Positions 24,118 to 37,580 of a DNA stretch of 64,000 nucleotides are shown here, piece by piece. Position numbers and translations under genes: made by a program. The DNA is from Camelus ferus (Eukaryota), in contig NC_045696.1 of NCBI RefSeq assembly GCF_009834535.1, positions 58,344,001 to 58,408,000 of the forward strand. The letters run 5' to 3'. A model generated the notes under the pieces. The model was not told the DNA's origin. It searched no databases and saw nothing but the letters and a program-made list of their open reading frames with translations. Numbering within the stretch: position 1 is the stretch's first letter; the number at the start of each line of letters is the position of its first letter.

Positions 24118-25953
24118 AAAAGATTGAGCAATGTTTCAAAACAAAAAAGTCACTAAAAATTATTATTATCTTCCTCAGCTTATTCAGTCCCATGTTTTGT
24201 TTGTTTGGTTGTTTGGTCCCACGTTTTTAATTCTTGTTCTGCTTGAATCCAGTTTTCCCAGTTCTGGAAATTTTTACCCAGTTCTTTTTCATGATCTTAA
24301 ATTTATCGGAAAACTGTACTTGTCAAAAGTCCTTTCCTTGAATCTCCATGAAGATGAAGCGTTTTTGCAGGAATCCTTTTGTAAAAGCATCAGAGTAAAA
24401 CAATAACTGTCTGTAAATGACAGAAGACTTTAAAAAATGCCCATTGTTAAAGATCTGATGAGAGTTCATTATAATGGAATTGACAAGGAAATTTGGTTGT
24501 TTCTGTGACAGAAAACATTTAAAATGGTAACTGGAATTATGATGGTAACATAATACCATGTCATATCAGACTTTAGGAATTTTACACAATTTCTGGAACA
24601 CTTACAACATATACCTATACAAAAGGCCTAGTATACTTCTTATTTGATAATGCTTCCCATGTAATTTAACATACCAAATAAGCTGAATTAGGTTAACATC
24701 TCCTTTCTTTTAAGGAGACAAACAAATCTTTTGAGATGTTCTGGGGCTTTCTGGAAAATCCCAAAGTTAGTTCAAGTTCAGAAAGATTTCATTCACCTAG
24801 AATTTTGAGAAGTGTGACAAAATATCAAAATATTTTAAAACACTTGGTCAAATAGGATCACAGATCACTGTAAAATAATACTTAGTTATCCATTTAATCA
24901 TAGTAACAAAGACATCAAAGGCAATTGCAGACAGTTAAATTGTTAAAAAGAGAAAAGAACAACTTATCTCTTTTAATAGAGAAGACAGCTTTTTAAACTA
25001 CTCAAAGATCTGATTGGATAAAGACACAGGAAATTATTTTGACAAGACACAAAATCTTTATTTTCTACGTAGATTACTTAGAAAGTAAAGAAAAACCTTT
25101 TACAGTTGCTTTATGAGAGCACACCAACAGTTCAATGAAACTTTGTCACTTTATAGGAGAGAAAATCAAATTCTAATTTTGTACTGACTTACCTTTGATC
25201 TTAAGATTCACGTAATTTAATTAAATTCATTTTAATCTTAGCCAGATTGACCACACATTAAAAATTTCTTTCCAAAGGTTTCTTTTTCACAAACTTTCTA
25301 CAACTTTAAACAATTGTGGACTGTCTCCTACACTTGAATTCTGTGAATTGGCAGACTTATAAATACTATTTATAATTTCTAGAAATGCATGTTTTCTCAT
25401 AGTAAATTTTTCAGTGTGGCACAAAATATACTTAGTAATAGAACAAGATATCTTCTAGTTTCTCTGTAAAAGGAAGCAAAAAATGGATAAGCCTATGTTC
25501 AGTAATTAATATTTCAGTATCTCATCTTAATCTAGAAATGATCTAGATATTTAATTACTATCATTCAATTTAATTCAGCAAAACTTTAAGGTCTCAAGTC
25601 ACAAAAAATTTTTTAAATGGTTTAAAATTTTCACCTGAAAACTTTTTATCCTATTTACATAAATTTAATTTACGTGTTTTTAACAATTATGTTTAGACTA
25701 CCCACCAAAAAGTTCACAAGACATTAGACAGTATCAGTCATCATTTTAAGTTATTTTTCTTGCTGACAGATTTTGCCAGAGATAACATAAACTCATTTGA
25801 ACTTTGGTAAGCCTAGATGGAATAAAAGTATTATATATATTATACTTTATAAGCCAATTAAATAGAGTTCTTTTATAAATTAATTTTGGCAATACCATTT
25901 GAAGGTAAAAAATACCATATATTATAACATATAGAGATATATAGACATATAGA

Positions 25954-26560
25954 TATAGCCCAAAAAATTGGCCCCCATCCCTGATGAGCCAAATAACTCA
26001 GAGACAGGGTCTTGGAGCTTAGAAGAAAAGAGACAGCTTTATTGCTTTATCGGGCAAAGGAGACTCACAGCAGGCTAGTGCCTTTAAAACTGTGAACCCA
26101 TCTTGGGGTTGGGGCAGGGTGATTATATAGCCAGAGCTTAAACAATAAAGCATCAGTAACAATCAACAGAATTATTTCCTTCTAAGAATATAATTATAAG
26201 ACTCAGAGTGGCATCATGGTGTCTCCAGGTGACCAATTTTACAGAGGCTGGTGGTTGTTGCTCATTCGATCTCTTTATCTCATAAGCTCCCAAGATGTGA
26301 TCTTCTTGGTAATTCAGGCTATTTTGTAAGGTTACAGTTCTGTGACCTTCTCCCTGGAGAATAACTCAGAAACCAAGTATGATTATTACTTTCGATTACT
26401 GGAATACAGCAGAAACAGTAAAATTAATAGCTTTATTTTAACTACGGGCCTGGAGCTGTGAGTAGCAACTGGTCAGTCAGGTCAGTTGACCATTTTAAGG
26501 ACAAGCATAGAATAAGCAATCTGTTAGCCTAAGTCTGGCCATTTTATTAATCCTCCTTCA
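25954..26560 (-). mobile_element. Solo ERV LTR nested in the provirus internal region
   Basis: Minus strand starts TGAAGGAGGATTAATAAAATGG, with TATA-like (ctatataa) and AATAAA signals; flanks taga/tata (imperfect 4 bp TSD). Confidence 0.7.
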
Positions 26561-27514
26561 TATAAACACATATGAGCATACACTCAGACACAAACAGAGA
26601 CTCTAGAGCTTTCATTTCACTAGTTACAAAATAAGTTGGATCTAATCTGTTTTTCTGGTAGATGGAGTAAGTTAAGGCTGGCAGCTCGAAAGGCTAAAGC
26701 TAAGTTTCAAATGGCCCTTCCCTCCCCACCATTTTTTAGTAAGACTTACCTCCCTGAAGTGTGTACTTTAAACATTTACATCTCAGAGACACAGGACAGA
26801 ATGCAAGTTTCAAGCCTTTAAAGATACATAGGGGAGGTTTGCAGACTGGTAAAAAGGAATAGGTGAACTTTGAATTGCTTCTAGAGCTGCGTTTCTATTT
26901 TTAAAAAGATCTGTGAGTTAATGACAGTTGCTTTTAATTCCTCAAGGAGTTGGGCTGTAACTTAAGTGACATCATAGGTAGATCCACTATAAATCCTTCT
27001 ACAAGGCCTTTTAAAGGTTTTTCTTTCCCTATAGATACATAGATTCATTTTACCTTAGTGGAGGAAGCCTTAAAAAAATCTTATCAGTATTGCTCTGAAT
27101 ATCAGCTTCCAGTATCTGGCCAATTTCTGACCACAGAACTACTTAAAAATCCTTTTAAACAGCTTGTCAGTTTTCAGCCAGGACAAACAAGAAATATTTC
27201 TGGCAGTATTGAATAACTCCTTGGACTAAAGAGGCGTCCCCAAAGAGGGTAAAAAAGAGATTTTATTTTTCTCTTTATTGGATGTTCTATTTATCGGGTG
27301 CCACAGACAGAAAGACCCAGGAGGTAAGAATTCTTATCCTTAACCAGCTTCGGCCCGTTTTTCCCAGGACCCCATTTACACATTCTGAGTGGGGTTTAAG
27401 TGGAGAGAGCAGCTCTGATGTTTACTGGAATCTGACGAGGTTTTTAATTAATTTTAATTTTAGTTTCCCCTTGGCTATTTAAGGGAGTAACATAGTAGCT
27501 CACCAGAAGAAATT

Positions 27515-28129
27515 CGTCAGATTCTCGTCAACTCTGGAAGAGGCCCATACAAGGGCCCTCTTTTGAAAGTAGACACTGTGGAGCAGGCTGGCGCTCTCTG
27601 AAGCCACTCTAATGTCCATAACCCCCACCACCACCACTCCAACTCCAGGCCTCTCTGTGTGTCTGGAGCCCAGTGACACCTTAACCCCAACTCCCTACTG
27701 CAGGACGTCTGCATACCAGCATTTCTGCAAGATAAAAACATCTTTCCTTGATGTGTGTTTACCCTAACAAAACTAAGCCCCCGGGAAATAGCCCCTGTCA
27801 CAATACCCTACATGGACAGGTCTCACAACACAGCCTGCCCTTATCAGAGTCCTAAATCCTATTATTCTGAGTAGCCCCTGAGAGATCTTACAACCAGTTG
27901 GGTACCTGTGCACGAATTGATCATGCAGTCCCTACCCCTTGTGTGCACAGCCCCCTCCCTCCAATAAAAGACCCTGCACATTCACCCTCGGTGCTCAGGC
28001 AGGCACCTCTCGGCTGTGTGGCATGCTGTTGTCTATGACAGCAAAACCTAATAAACTCTCCTAGTTTCATTCTTTGTCTTTGGCTAATTCTTTTACCACT
28101 AGCACAGCAGCCTGCTGTGTCCCCTGACA
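27515..28129 (+). mobile_element. Solo ERV LTR nested in the provirus, opposite orientation
   Basis: GC-richer block with caataaaa (TATA-like), aataaa at ~28050, and a U5-like ctttggctaattcttttacc ending in ...cctgaca; the 5' boundary is approximate. Confidence 0.6.
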
Positions 28130-29643
28130 GATCTGAGAGTGTCTGTAAGGCCATCAACGTGGCTGATTTTGTCTCTTCTGAGAGGACTGACATTTTTCAG
28201 AGGATTACTAGAACAAATACTCAAGTAAAGGAGGATGGAGGGGAGCAGCAGACGTTGCATCAATCAGTCTTTTGTTTTAGGTGCCTCTTATATCTTTAAT
28301 TTTTTATTTAGCTTTTGCAGTAAATCTTTCAATGAAGATATTTTGGAATTTTGAAGATTTTTGTATGTTTTTGCATACAAATTAAAACAGGTATCCTATT
28401 CTGCTTGTTTGATTTGGAGGCCCTTGCTTTAAAATATACTTCTTAAATAATTATCTCACCTAGCTGAAGCATTCCTCATAATAGCCATTGTAATTCTAGG
28501 TTGTGATTCCCCTGAGTGCTCGCAGCAGTTTGGTAGGACCCTTAGCTACACGTGGAGTTCAGCTCACATTTCTGTCCAGCCATATCTAGCTGCAAATGGG
28601 GTGCAACCCATATTTCTGTCTGGTCATATTTTGGGGCCCCCAACAAGATGGCTACCAAGCCAAGTTCTCAGGACGCAAAATCCTAGGTTGTCTTTAGTAA
28701 GATTTTGGCCATTTTCTGTAGCTATTTATAGCTTCCAGGATTGTGGCTCTTAGACATAAAATAAGCAAGTCTGCTAAAACTTAACTCTTTAGATTTAAAG
28801 ATCCTATTTCTTAAATTTATTTATTCATTTATTTATTTACTTATGCTAAACCTTTGGGTCTCTGGAGCCAAACTAATAGCTAGGAGTGATGTGCCAGGGG
28901 TTGGGTATTATATGGTGTTTTACAGTGCACCTCCTTGCATGGAAGTTTTCTTGAGGTTGGCAGGTGACCTAGTATCAGTCTAACCTGTTCCATGATGATT
29001 TAACCTAACACAGTAGTCTTTGGGGCCAAGTGGCAAGTGCTCTAACAGCTCTTAAATGCTCGACCTGTGCCCACAAATTTCTGCAGCTTTTTCACTTCTG
29101 AGAGTCCCATTAGCAATTAGCCTTTATCTACACAAAACCAGACTAACAAACGTGCACCATAATATATTGACAGTAACTGGGAGATGTTACTGTGTCCTGG
29201 CCAAGAAAAGGCCCTGTGGGCACCACACACAATTCCCACCGTGGAACCTTGGACCAGGGAAAGGACTGAAACATTAGATCTCAACAAATGGGAACTGCAG
29301 ACTGGGGGTGCTACACAAATGGGGAGCTGCACACTGACATTAACCGTTCTCACGTGGATCTTGGGGTAGAATTAAGGGCTGGGGTGTCTACTCAAAAACC
29401 TGGAAATTGTGGTCCAAAATAAAGGGTAGGTCCAGGCTCTGGGTAGAACTGTCTACCAACTCAAGGTGACGTGCTTTACAAAGGAAAGCCAATTAGATCT
29501 ACAGCTTAATGCAAAGAGAAGAGTTCAGAACCTTGAGGAAATTACCCATGGTTCTCAGAAATGGTGAGAAAGACAGGGAACTCAAAAAGGGGGTCTCAGG
29601 TATGACGCCTATGTTTCTCATTACCTCTGAATGCCATCAGAAG

Positions 29644-29661
29644 TTCACTTTGCTGCCACCA
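29644..29661 (-). other. Degenerate primer-binding site, tRNA-Leu-like
   Basis: Minus strand TGGTGGCAGCaaagtgaa, 6 nt from the LTR end; the first 10 nt match the tRNA-Leu PBS TGGTGGCAGCGGTGGGAT. Confidence 0.55.
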
Positions 29662-29667
29662 AATTTT

Positions 29668-30065
29668 TGTTGAGAAACAAAATTCAAGTAAATTTTTAAA
29701 ACCTTGTTAGCTTTATTCATTGATTCGTGAATTGGGCAGCGTCTCACTCTAGCAAATAGAAAGGAGCCCCAAAGAGCTACAGAAAAGGAAAGGATTTTAA
29801 AGATAGAGAAGGGGTGGGACAAGGAAGTCTTAAACAAAACAACAAATAGAGAATTATTTCAGGCAACGTCACCTTCCTTTGGGAGACAAAAGGATCTATT
29901 AGGTGGATTGCCTCAGTGGTGCTGACAAGGAAATTACAGTCCGACCAGTTGAGATTACATTCATGGGGAAAGTTGAAACTTCAATTAGGTTAGGTATTGT
30001 CCTGGTTTGGTGACATGGGCTTAGCACAAGAGCTTTCATTTTGGACCTGTTTCTTTTTTTTAACA
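29668..30065 (-). mobile_element. 5' LTR of the provirus
   Basis: Plus strand tgttgagaaac...tttttaaca; followed on the minus strand by a PBS-like TGGTGGCAGC. Confidence 0.85.
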
Positions 30066-33000
30066 GCATTCCTTCTGAGCTTTATATGAAAGATTACTTG
30101 AGAACCACAGAACTCCCTAGGTAAGCAAAGCTATCTTATTACTAGATAATTATAAAATGCTCCCTGAGGTTATTGTCTGATAATATTTCTACCCGCTTCC
30201 TGCCCTCGCTGTCACCCCCCCCCCTCCATGCCACTTCCCTGATCTGACCTATCGACCAGGGAAATATTCTGAATATGAAGTATTATTACAAAACAAATGT
30301 CATGAGCAAACTGCTCTAACATGTACACACCATAGAGGATTTCTTCAGCCTGTGACAATATGAGAGATATGGCTTTCATATTGCTTGTGCTGAGAGTCTG
30401 TTGAAAGCCAAACATTAAAAAGAACTTGAGAAAATTGTGACCAGTGACATATTTGGAGAAAAGTGTCACCTGATGAGGAGGAGGATGATAGTATCAGTGA
30501 TGCTTTGAATAAATGGGGGTCAAAACACTTCTGCACAATTTCTTGGCAATGGCAGAAGATCGTCTTCCTTCTCATCCTAACACAAACCTCTTTCATGTGA
30601 AGGCACAGTGGGTCCCAATCTAGGGCACCATGATAGAGATAGAAATAACTGATACGGTTTCCACGGCTGCCAAACGGTTAAAGGACATTGATGGCCATAG
30701 CAAAGAAGAAAAAGCTATTCTGAAGGCCAGAGCTGTCACTGGGGGGAAGGCAGCTCTGACCTTAGATTTGCTAATTAATTTTGCAGAAAGGCAACTTGCA
30801 GTACATTTCCCCCAAGAGCAGGCAGGATACAACCTTCACCTAGCTTTATGATAGAGAAACAAATAGCCAAAAAGCAAGCTGACTTTGGGACTTTTCCAAG
30901 AGAGCAATTTGCAGTGTGTTTCCTGGGGTCAGTGATCATTTGCCCCTCTGGGCCATCCTGTCTGCCACAATTACTGCACTGCAAAGGGATGGCCTCTGTT
31001 TGGGAAGCTGACCAGAGACTGCCTGGCATGGAGGGATGTCTAGGTAGTGAAGCCACCTATCTCCTACCACACTTGCCTCTAGTCTCCACCTATCCCTAGT
31101 TGTGGACCTTGGGCAAATTCTGTATCTTTTTTCAACCTTAGTTTTTTCACTTAAAAAGTGCAGATAATGGACCCTCCTCTCTTAAAGATTATTGTAAAGA
31201 CTAAGGGAGAAAATGTGAATGTAGTGGGTGCCTATTGTTTTGTGGATCCATACCCATTTATCTGGGAATCCCCTCCTCCAATTCCACCTACAAAGTTTCC
31301 AGATCAGTCATCCTATTTTGGGGGGAAGGGGGGATCCATCAATGGTGCTTTCCTTTCTATAGGTGAGTATTGTTCCCTTATATGGAAAAACCACAGGCTG
31401 TTTGTTCATTCACTTGTTGACAGACATTTGGATAATTTCCAGTACTTAGCTATTACAAATAAAGCTATCGAGGGGTCATTCTTTTGGTCTGACACACACA
31501 CCAACCAAACTGGGCCAACGGGAGTCGGGAGTTGGAATCCTACCTTGGAAAGTTTAGGAACTGAGACAACCAAAAAGAAAGGCTAGTCTCCTACTGAAAC
31601 TGAGGACCTATAAACTTGAAAGATGAAAGTAGCCCTGTTCTGCAGAGCAGAAAAAGATGGTCGGCCATGAAAGAATAAGGAAGGGGGAGGCCAAAGAAAA
31701 CAGAAAGAAGAAACTTTTTCCCTGGGTACCCCTGTGCCCCCCGCCAAGACTCCAGCCTGGTCCCAGTCAATTCCTGGTGCTCAGGTTCCAATTAGAGACC
31801 GCATAAATCCCTCTGATCATCTCCATTTTTGCCTAGCTTATTGAGAGTCATTTTCTGGTACCTACGACCAACAGAGTCCTTCATCCTACAGTGTATTACA
31901 CAATGAGCGGTTCTCACTCATTCAGCAAATATGTCTTGAGTGCCTGCTCTGGGCCAAGAATGTCCTAGACAGTCCAGAGGGGAATACAGACATTCTCGAA
32001 TAATCTCCCCCAAAATATATGACATAACTCGTGGTTCTTTTCCCTTGTGTTATCAGAAAGAGGCACATACAGACACTTAAGAAGATCGAGAGGCATCTTA
32101 ATGGGGTTAAAGGTCAAGTCCCGGCACTTGGACAGTTAAACTTCAGTCATGTGGAAAATGTCCTAGTCCCACAGTGTCTTCCCTCCTGCCAGATGTGTCA
32201 GGCCTCGCTGTGTATCCGTGGGCCTCATGTTTCCCATCATCACCTTTATTGCTCTCTTTAAATCCTGGGGTTTCAATTTCCCTTCCCATCAGAATGATTC
32301 TGCTTTTAACCACCCCAGACCTTTCTCCCTGTTATTCTGTAGCCGCAGGCTGGTGCATCCACGTCGTAGAAGAGAGGCATCTCTCTGGAGCAGAGGGCTG
32401 CCCAGACCCCGGGGAGCTGTGTTGTCACTGATTTATGGCTCCCTGTCCTCTGCCTGTTGAGGAAAATCACTTTATCAAGATGAAAAGTCAGAGGTGGGGG
32501 TGGAACTGGGCTTCCTGTGTGGCTCCACGCACCCTCCTGCATATTCCAGAGGCGCTTACATTTACAAGTCATCAGGACTACAGGTGAGTGATGCGGAGAG
32601 AAATTGCCAAACATGGAAGAGAGGTGTATGATTTGCCTTACATTTATTCAGTTACGCTTTCCAGGATTTATATGCGGGGCAGGGAGGGAACAATTCTGAA
32701 TGTGGAAATAAGAAGCAGAGGCAGCCTGCCTGCAGACATTTTAGGGGAGATACTTTTCTGCCTTTAGTTGCCTTTTCAATGCAGCTGAATGCACTTGGGG
32801 TTCATTAGCTCGACTTCATCGCCATCAATATTGTGAGCATCCCATTTCAGAACCGGAAGTTTCAGAGCATCCTTCTGGGTGAATCTGTTGCTTCACAGAT
32901 GAGGAAGCTGAGGTTCAAAGAGGAGGAATGAGTTGCTCAAGATCCTACTGTGAAACTGGGGCCGGGGCTAAACACCAGATTCTCTGACTTCTTACCCACT

Positions 33001-33149
33001 ATCATCAGGCTTTTGTGTTGGGTGAAGTGCTGGGTGTAGCCTGAAGCTGTGGGTGTTGGCCTAAGCATGGTAGGTAAGGACCTGCATATTAAGGTGTCAG
33101 AGTCTCAGACAGACATGGACAAATACACAGGCAGAATTTTCTTACTCTT

Positions 33150-33680
33150 TGTTTCCATCTAAGTAGCAATGTAATCATATTATGAAAACCAGGAAAGTAG
33201 AGAAAAGAAAAAATTACTCACATCATCCTAGCACGATCTAGGTTAGCATTTTGTTCTCTTCCTGTCTAATTTTTTCCTTTATATTTAGTTTTCTCTATCT
33301 GTAGTTGTGATCGAACTGCACCCAAACACTTGTATCCTGTGTTTTCATTTACCATCGTGGCACAAGCATTTTCCATTCTTGCTTTGTCTTCACAGCCATA
33401 ATTTGAATGATTACTTAATATTCTACTGAATGGTTGTACCACAGTTTACTTACTCATATATGTATCATTGGGCATTTAGGTTTCTCCAATTTTCCATTAA
33501 TATAAATATTGCTGCAAAGAACATCGTATGCATAGAGCTCCCCACGCCCATATTTATGTTATTTCTCTAGGATGGATTCCAAAAGTGGAGTAAGTAGGCC
33601 AATGATTTTTGAACAGTTTTATTGCCAAATTGCCTACTAAAAGCCTCTTACCAATTTACCTAAGCAATTTTGAGTAAGAG
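33150..33680 (-). mobile_element. Old L1ME-type fragment
   Basis: ttgggcatttaggtttctccaatttt...gctgcaaagaacatc...ggatggattccaaaagtgga...tgccaaattgcc. Confidence 0.65.
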
Positions 33681-36600
33681 TCAAAACAGTGACCAAAAAC
33701 TTAGCAAGGAATGAATAAGAACCACTGCATGTATGCATCACGCACACATGCGTACTAGGTTGTATGCTGTGGGATAATCCTGTCTCTTTCACTGGGTTGA
33801 AATGAGAGGAAAGAAAGTACAGGCCCTCAGGTTGGTCATACCATTCTTATTGCCAGGCTTCTGGGCTGTAGTTCTATGGCCGTGCAATACAATCACCTGA
33901 AATAATGATCAAACTGGATGTCCCCGGGCCACTTCCCAGAGATTCTGGTTTAATTGGCCAGGGGTGTGGTCCCGCTCTGACATTGTAGAAATTCCCTAGG
34001 TGATTCTAACAGGAGAGGGAGCTTCCCCGCATGGACCCAGAGACAGGCAGGGAGGCTGAGGACATCAGCAAAGGCAAGCCCCTGGGCGATGTCCCCAGAC
34101 CTACTTCCCTTTCAGCTTCCTGTGCCCCAGGGAAACCTCAGCCCGTGGGTGCCAACAAGTCTCCCACTGCTCCTCCCATCCTGAGGCCGGATGTGCTGTC
34201 CAGCTTCCACAAGCCCTGAATTTGGGAGGCCCAGGGATTCCAGCGAGGAGGAAACAGAAGACTGCAAAGTCAGGGACAATTGTAGAATCTCCTACCTGCT
34301 AGCCTCCGGGGCCTTAGATGGATGGGAATCCCGAAAGCTCAAATTTAAGGGACTGGTAAACACATCATAGTACATTCACATGGTGGAGTATCATGCAGCC
34401 ATTAAAGAGTATATTTGTGCTAAATGAAAATATATTCAAAATGCAAGATGAAAAAAGGCAGGAACAGAAGAGAAGTACAGTATGTTCTGATCTGGAGATA
34501 AAAAGAACCTATTGCATGCACATTCACTGGCAAGTGCACAGAAGGTGACTAAGTTACATAAGAGACGAACAGAAGTGGTGGTTTTAGGAGGGTGGGATTG
34601 GCACATTGAGGTGGGGAGAGGGAAGGGGAGTTGAACTGTTCACCTTAGGCCCTTCTCTACTGCTTGTATTGTGTGCCTCAAGCATGTATCACCTTCAATT
34701 TCATTTTTTAAAAAAGATTACAGGATTTTTCAATAGCAAGGCGGCAGGGAAGAGAGACAACAATGGAAAGGATAATAATCTCCTACATTCCTTACAGCAC
34801 TTTACAGTCCTTTTTGAGATGAGTTGGGTCAGTATTGTTCCCATTTTAGAGACAAAGAAACTGAAGCTCAAAGAAATAAAGAAATAGCAAAAGCATCAGG
34901 ACCTGTCAAAAAGTGAACTGAAGTCCAGGGCTCTGACTTCCAGCCTCTGACTCCAGCATCCTTTTTACAATTCCATAGTTCAGAAAGAAATCCCAAAGGA
35001 GCAGGATTCCAATGTCCCAGAAAACCCTAATTTCTGTTGGTCATGGCTTTTTCTGCTTCCCCCCATACACAGTGGAGCCCTGGGTAAGCATCTAAGTCTG
35101 CCTGAGGACCCAGCTCCCAGAGGAGACGGGAGGTGAAGATGAGCTGGGTAGCGCACCCTCCAGGAGGTCAGTGGCAGGGATGAGGCCTCAGAGGCAAGCC
35201 GGGCCCTCCCATGGAGGTTCACTGTTCCAGCAACTCTGCCTCCCAGGGTGTAGGTTGAACAGAGGAGAGAGGCCGTCTGAGGGTGAGCTGGCTGGAAGTA
35301 TGTGTGGGTACAGTCATTGAGAACTGAAAATGCAACACGCACCATGAAGCCTCCCAGTAGCACTTCAGGTAGCTGCCACCCAGCTGCCAGCCCAAACCCT
35401 TCCAAGCACCACCTGAGTCTGAGCCTGAATTCCCCTAGGCCGGGGGCAGAGCCCTTCAGAGCAGGGGAGAGGGGAAGAGAGAGAGAGAGAGAAAGAGAGA
35501 ATAGCTCACAAACTCCATCAGAGCCCCATAAAACACACTTGCAGAGAGAATTTTTTAAAGGTCATCTGTGTACCTGGCTTCCACACTGTCCCCTCGTCAC
35601 CTCTGCCCACTAAATCTGGAGGGCTTAGGCGGTGGGAGAGACGCATCTTCCCAACCTCTGTATCCTCTGCAGCACGTTGCTGGCTAGTTGTATAAAACTC
35701 CTCTATAAATGTATGTCAAAGTAAAATGGAATGGACACCAACAAAGATGGTGATGGCCAGTATTTATTCCACTTTATTAAGTAATTTATTAATTTTATAC
35801 ATTACATAAATTAGATACATGTTAAATATTATACTATATCAATTTTACAAATTTCTATAAATTATAGAAGAATGTATAGAAATTCTATAAATTATAAAAG
35901 AAACTCACCATTATTGACTCCATTTCACAGATGGAGACTCTGAGCCCCACAGAGGTAAGGGAACTTGCCTGAGGCCACCCTGAGAGTGCGGGGACTCAGG
36001 CCCAGCTGGGCAGGGGGACTCAGAGTCTTCCAATTCTGCCACTGCCCTTACCACTTTCCAAGGGCAGTGCGATTCTCCGAGAGAAAAAGATTTAAACCAC
36101 AGTTAGGCAGTAGGCGGAGTAGTTAGGATGGGGTAGTTAGAGTGGTAGTTTCAGAGGTGGGTTTGATGGGGAAGGATCCAGGGTTGTTACGTGAAGAATG
36201 AACCTACAAGGGGTGTTCATCTGATGAAAAATCTATCAAACCACACTTATGGTTTGTGCACTTTTTTATACACAGGTTATGCTTCAATAAAAATTAAAGT
36301 AAAACGAGTGAGGCAGCCAAGAGCCCCGGTGCTCCTGGTGCTGTCATACAGAGAATGAGTGGTTAATTCTTCTCCTCCCCCGTGGGGTGGGAGATGGCAG
36401 GTGTTGGCTCCCCAGGAATCTCTCCCTGTTCCGCAGCATCCTCCACACTGCCACGGAGCTGTCATCCTGAAAAAAAGGCCCAGTCAGGTCCTTCTCTGCC
36501 TATAGTTCCTCACTGGCTTCTTGTTACCTCCAGGATAAACTCCAGATTCCTTGGTGAAACCAGCCACATTCTGTGCCTAACCAACTTTCAGATCTAATCT

Positions 36601-36821
36601 TTCAAAGGAGACGTAGCCCTTTCTCTGAGGTATGCCCACTGTCCCCAGCAGTTACTTTGTGTAGTGTGACTCCTTGATCCCACTGTCCCCTCCAGCCACT
36701 GTTGACAGGACTAGGAGATGAGCAATGGACCCAAGCTGGGCTAATCAGAATGCTTAGACCGGGGAGTTAGAAATGGAGGAGACATTTACTGTTGGTTTGG
36801 CCAGCACTGCCCTACCCACTC

Positions 36822-37247
36822 TGTTATGAGTTGAATTACGCACTGCCACTCTCCCAAAAAATAACCCTAACCCTGAGTATCTATGAATATGACCCTATTT
36901 GGGACTAGAGTCTATGCAGATGATTAAGTGAAGATGAGGTCACTGGTGTGGACTATAATCTAAAATACTGGTGTCCATATAAGAAGAGATCAAGACACAG
37001 GGATAGACACAAACAAAGCAAAGATATGAAGACATAGGAGAATCCACATCTATAAGCCAAGGAATGTCTAAGGCTACCAAAAGCGAGAAGGGAAGCCTGG
37101 AACAGATCCTCCCTTGCAGGTGACAGAAGGAACCACCATGCCGGCATCTTGACTACAGAATTCTACACTCCAGAACTGAGGCTGAATTTCCGTTCTAAGC
37201 CCCCAGTCTGCAGTACCTTGTTACTGTAGCCTTGGAGAACGAATACA
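36822..37247 (+). mobile_element. MaLR solo LTR (MLT1B/C-like) with a perfect 5 bp TSD
   Basis: TGTTATGAGTTGAAT...GAACGAATACA flanked by CACTC on both sides (36817-36821, 37248-37252). Confidence 0.9.
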
Positions 37248-37334
37248 CACTCCACTGGCTGCACTGGTCCTCCCGTCTCAAGCATATGGTTCAAGAAGAG
37301 TGTCCTCTCCTGTCGTCCTCCCTTGCTGTGGTTG

Positions 37335-37580
37335 TCATCATCATCATCATCACCAGCATCACCGCCAGCACTTACAGAGCCTTACTTGGTGGTAGGCACC
37401 ATTCTAAGTGCTCTAAATGTAGTCTTAACCACAATCTATGAGATGGGTCCTATTGTTTTCTCTATTTTACAAACAGAGAAACTGAGGCATAGAGAGGTTA
37501 CGTGCGAAGAGTCACATAACTAATAAGTAACAGAGCCAGGATTTAAGCCCGGGCAGTCTGATTCCAGAGTCTGCATTTTC
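37335..37580 (-). mobile_element. MIR SINE
   Basis: attttacaaacagagaaactgaggcatagagaggtta...agagccaggattt...gcagtctgattccagag. Confidence 0.85.

Larger units (their letters stand above)
21318..30065 (-). mobile_element. ERV1-class (MER4-group-like) defective provirus with two LTRs
   Basis: Two homologous TG...CA LTRs at 21318-21823 and 29668-30065 share ordered blocks (aaacaaaattcaa, ctagcaaataga, ggggtgggacaag, ttaggttaggtat, ggtttggtgacatg, agcacaag). Partial PBS next to the 5' LTR; env remnant near the 3' LTR; AT-rich internal region. Confidence 0.85.

Noticed and set aside
30630..30851. 73 aa ATG-initiated ORF with protein-like composition
   Set aside because: No recognisable homology, splice context, poly(A) tail or TSD, so it is not supportable as a gene or processed pseudogene.
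35845..35905. Short AT-rich direct duplication (ttctataaattata x2) and similar AT-rich quasi-palindromes at ~53035-53110
   Set aside because: Low-complexity slippage products; no repeat-spacer periodicity, so not CRISPR-like or a structured RNA.
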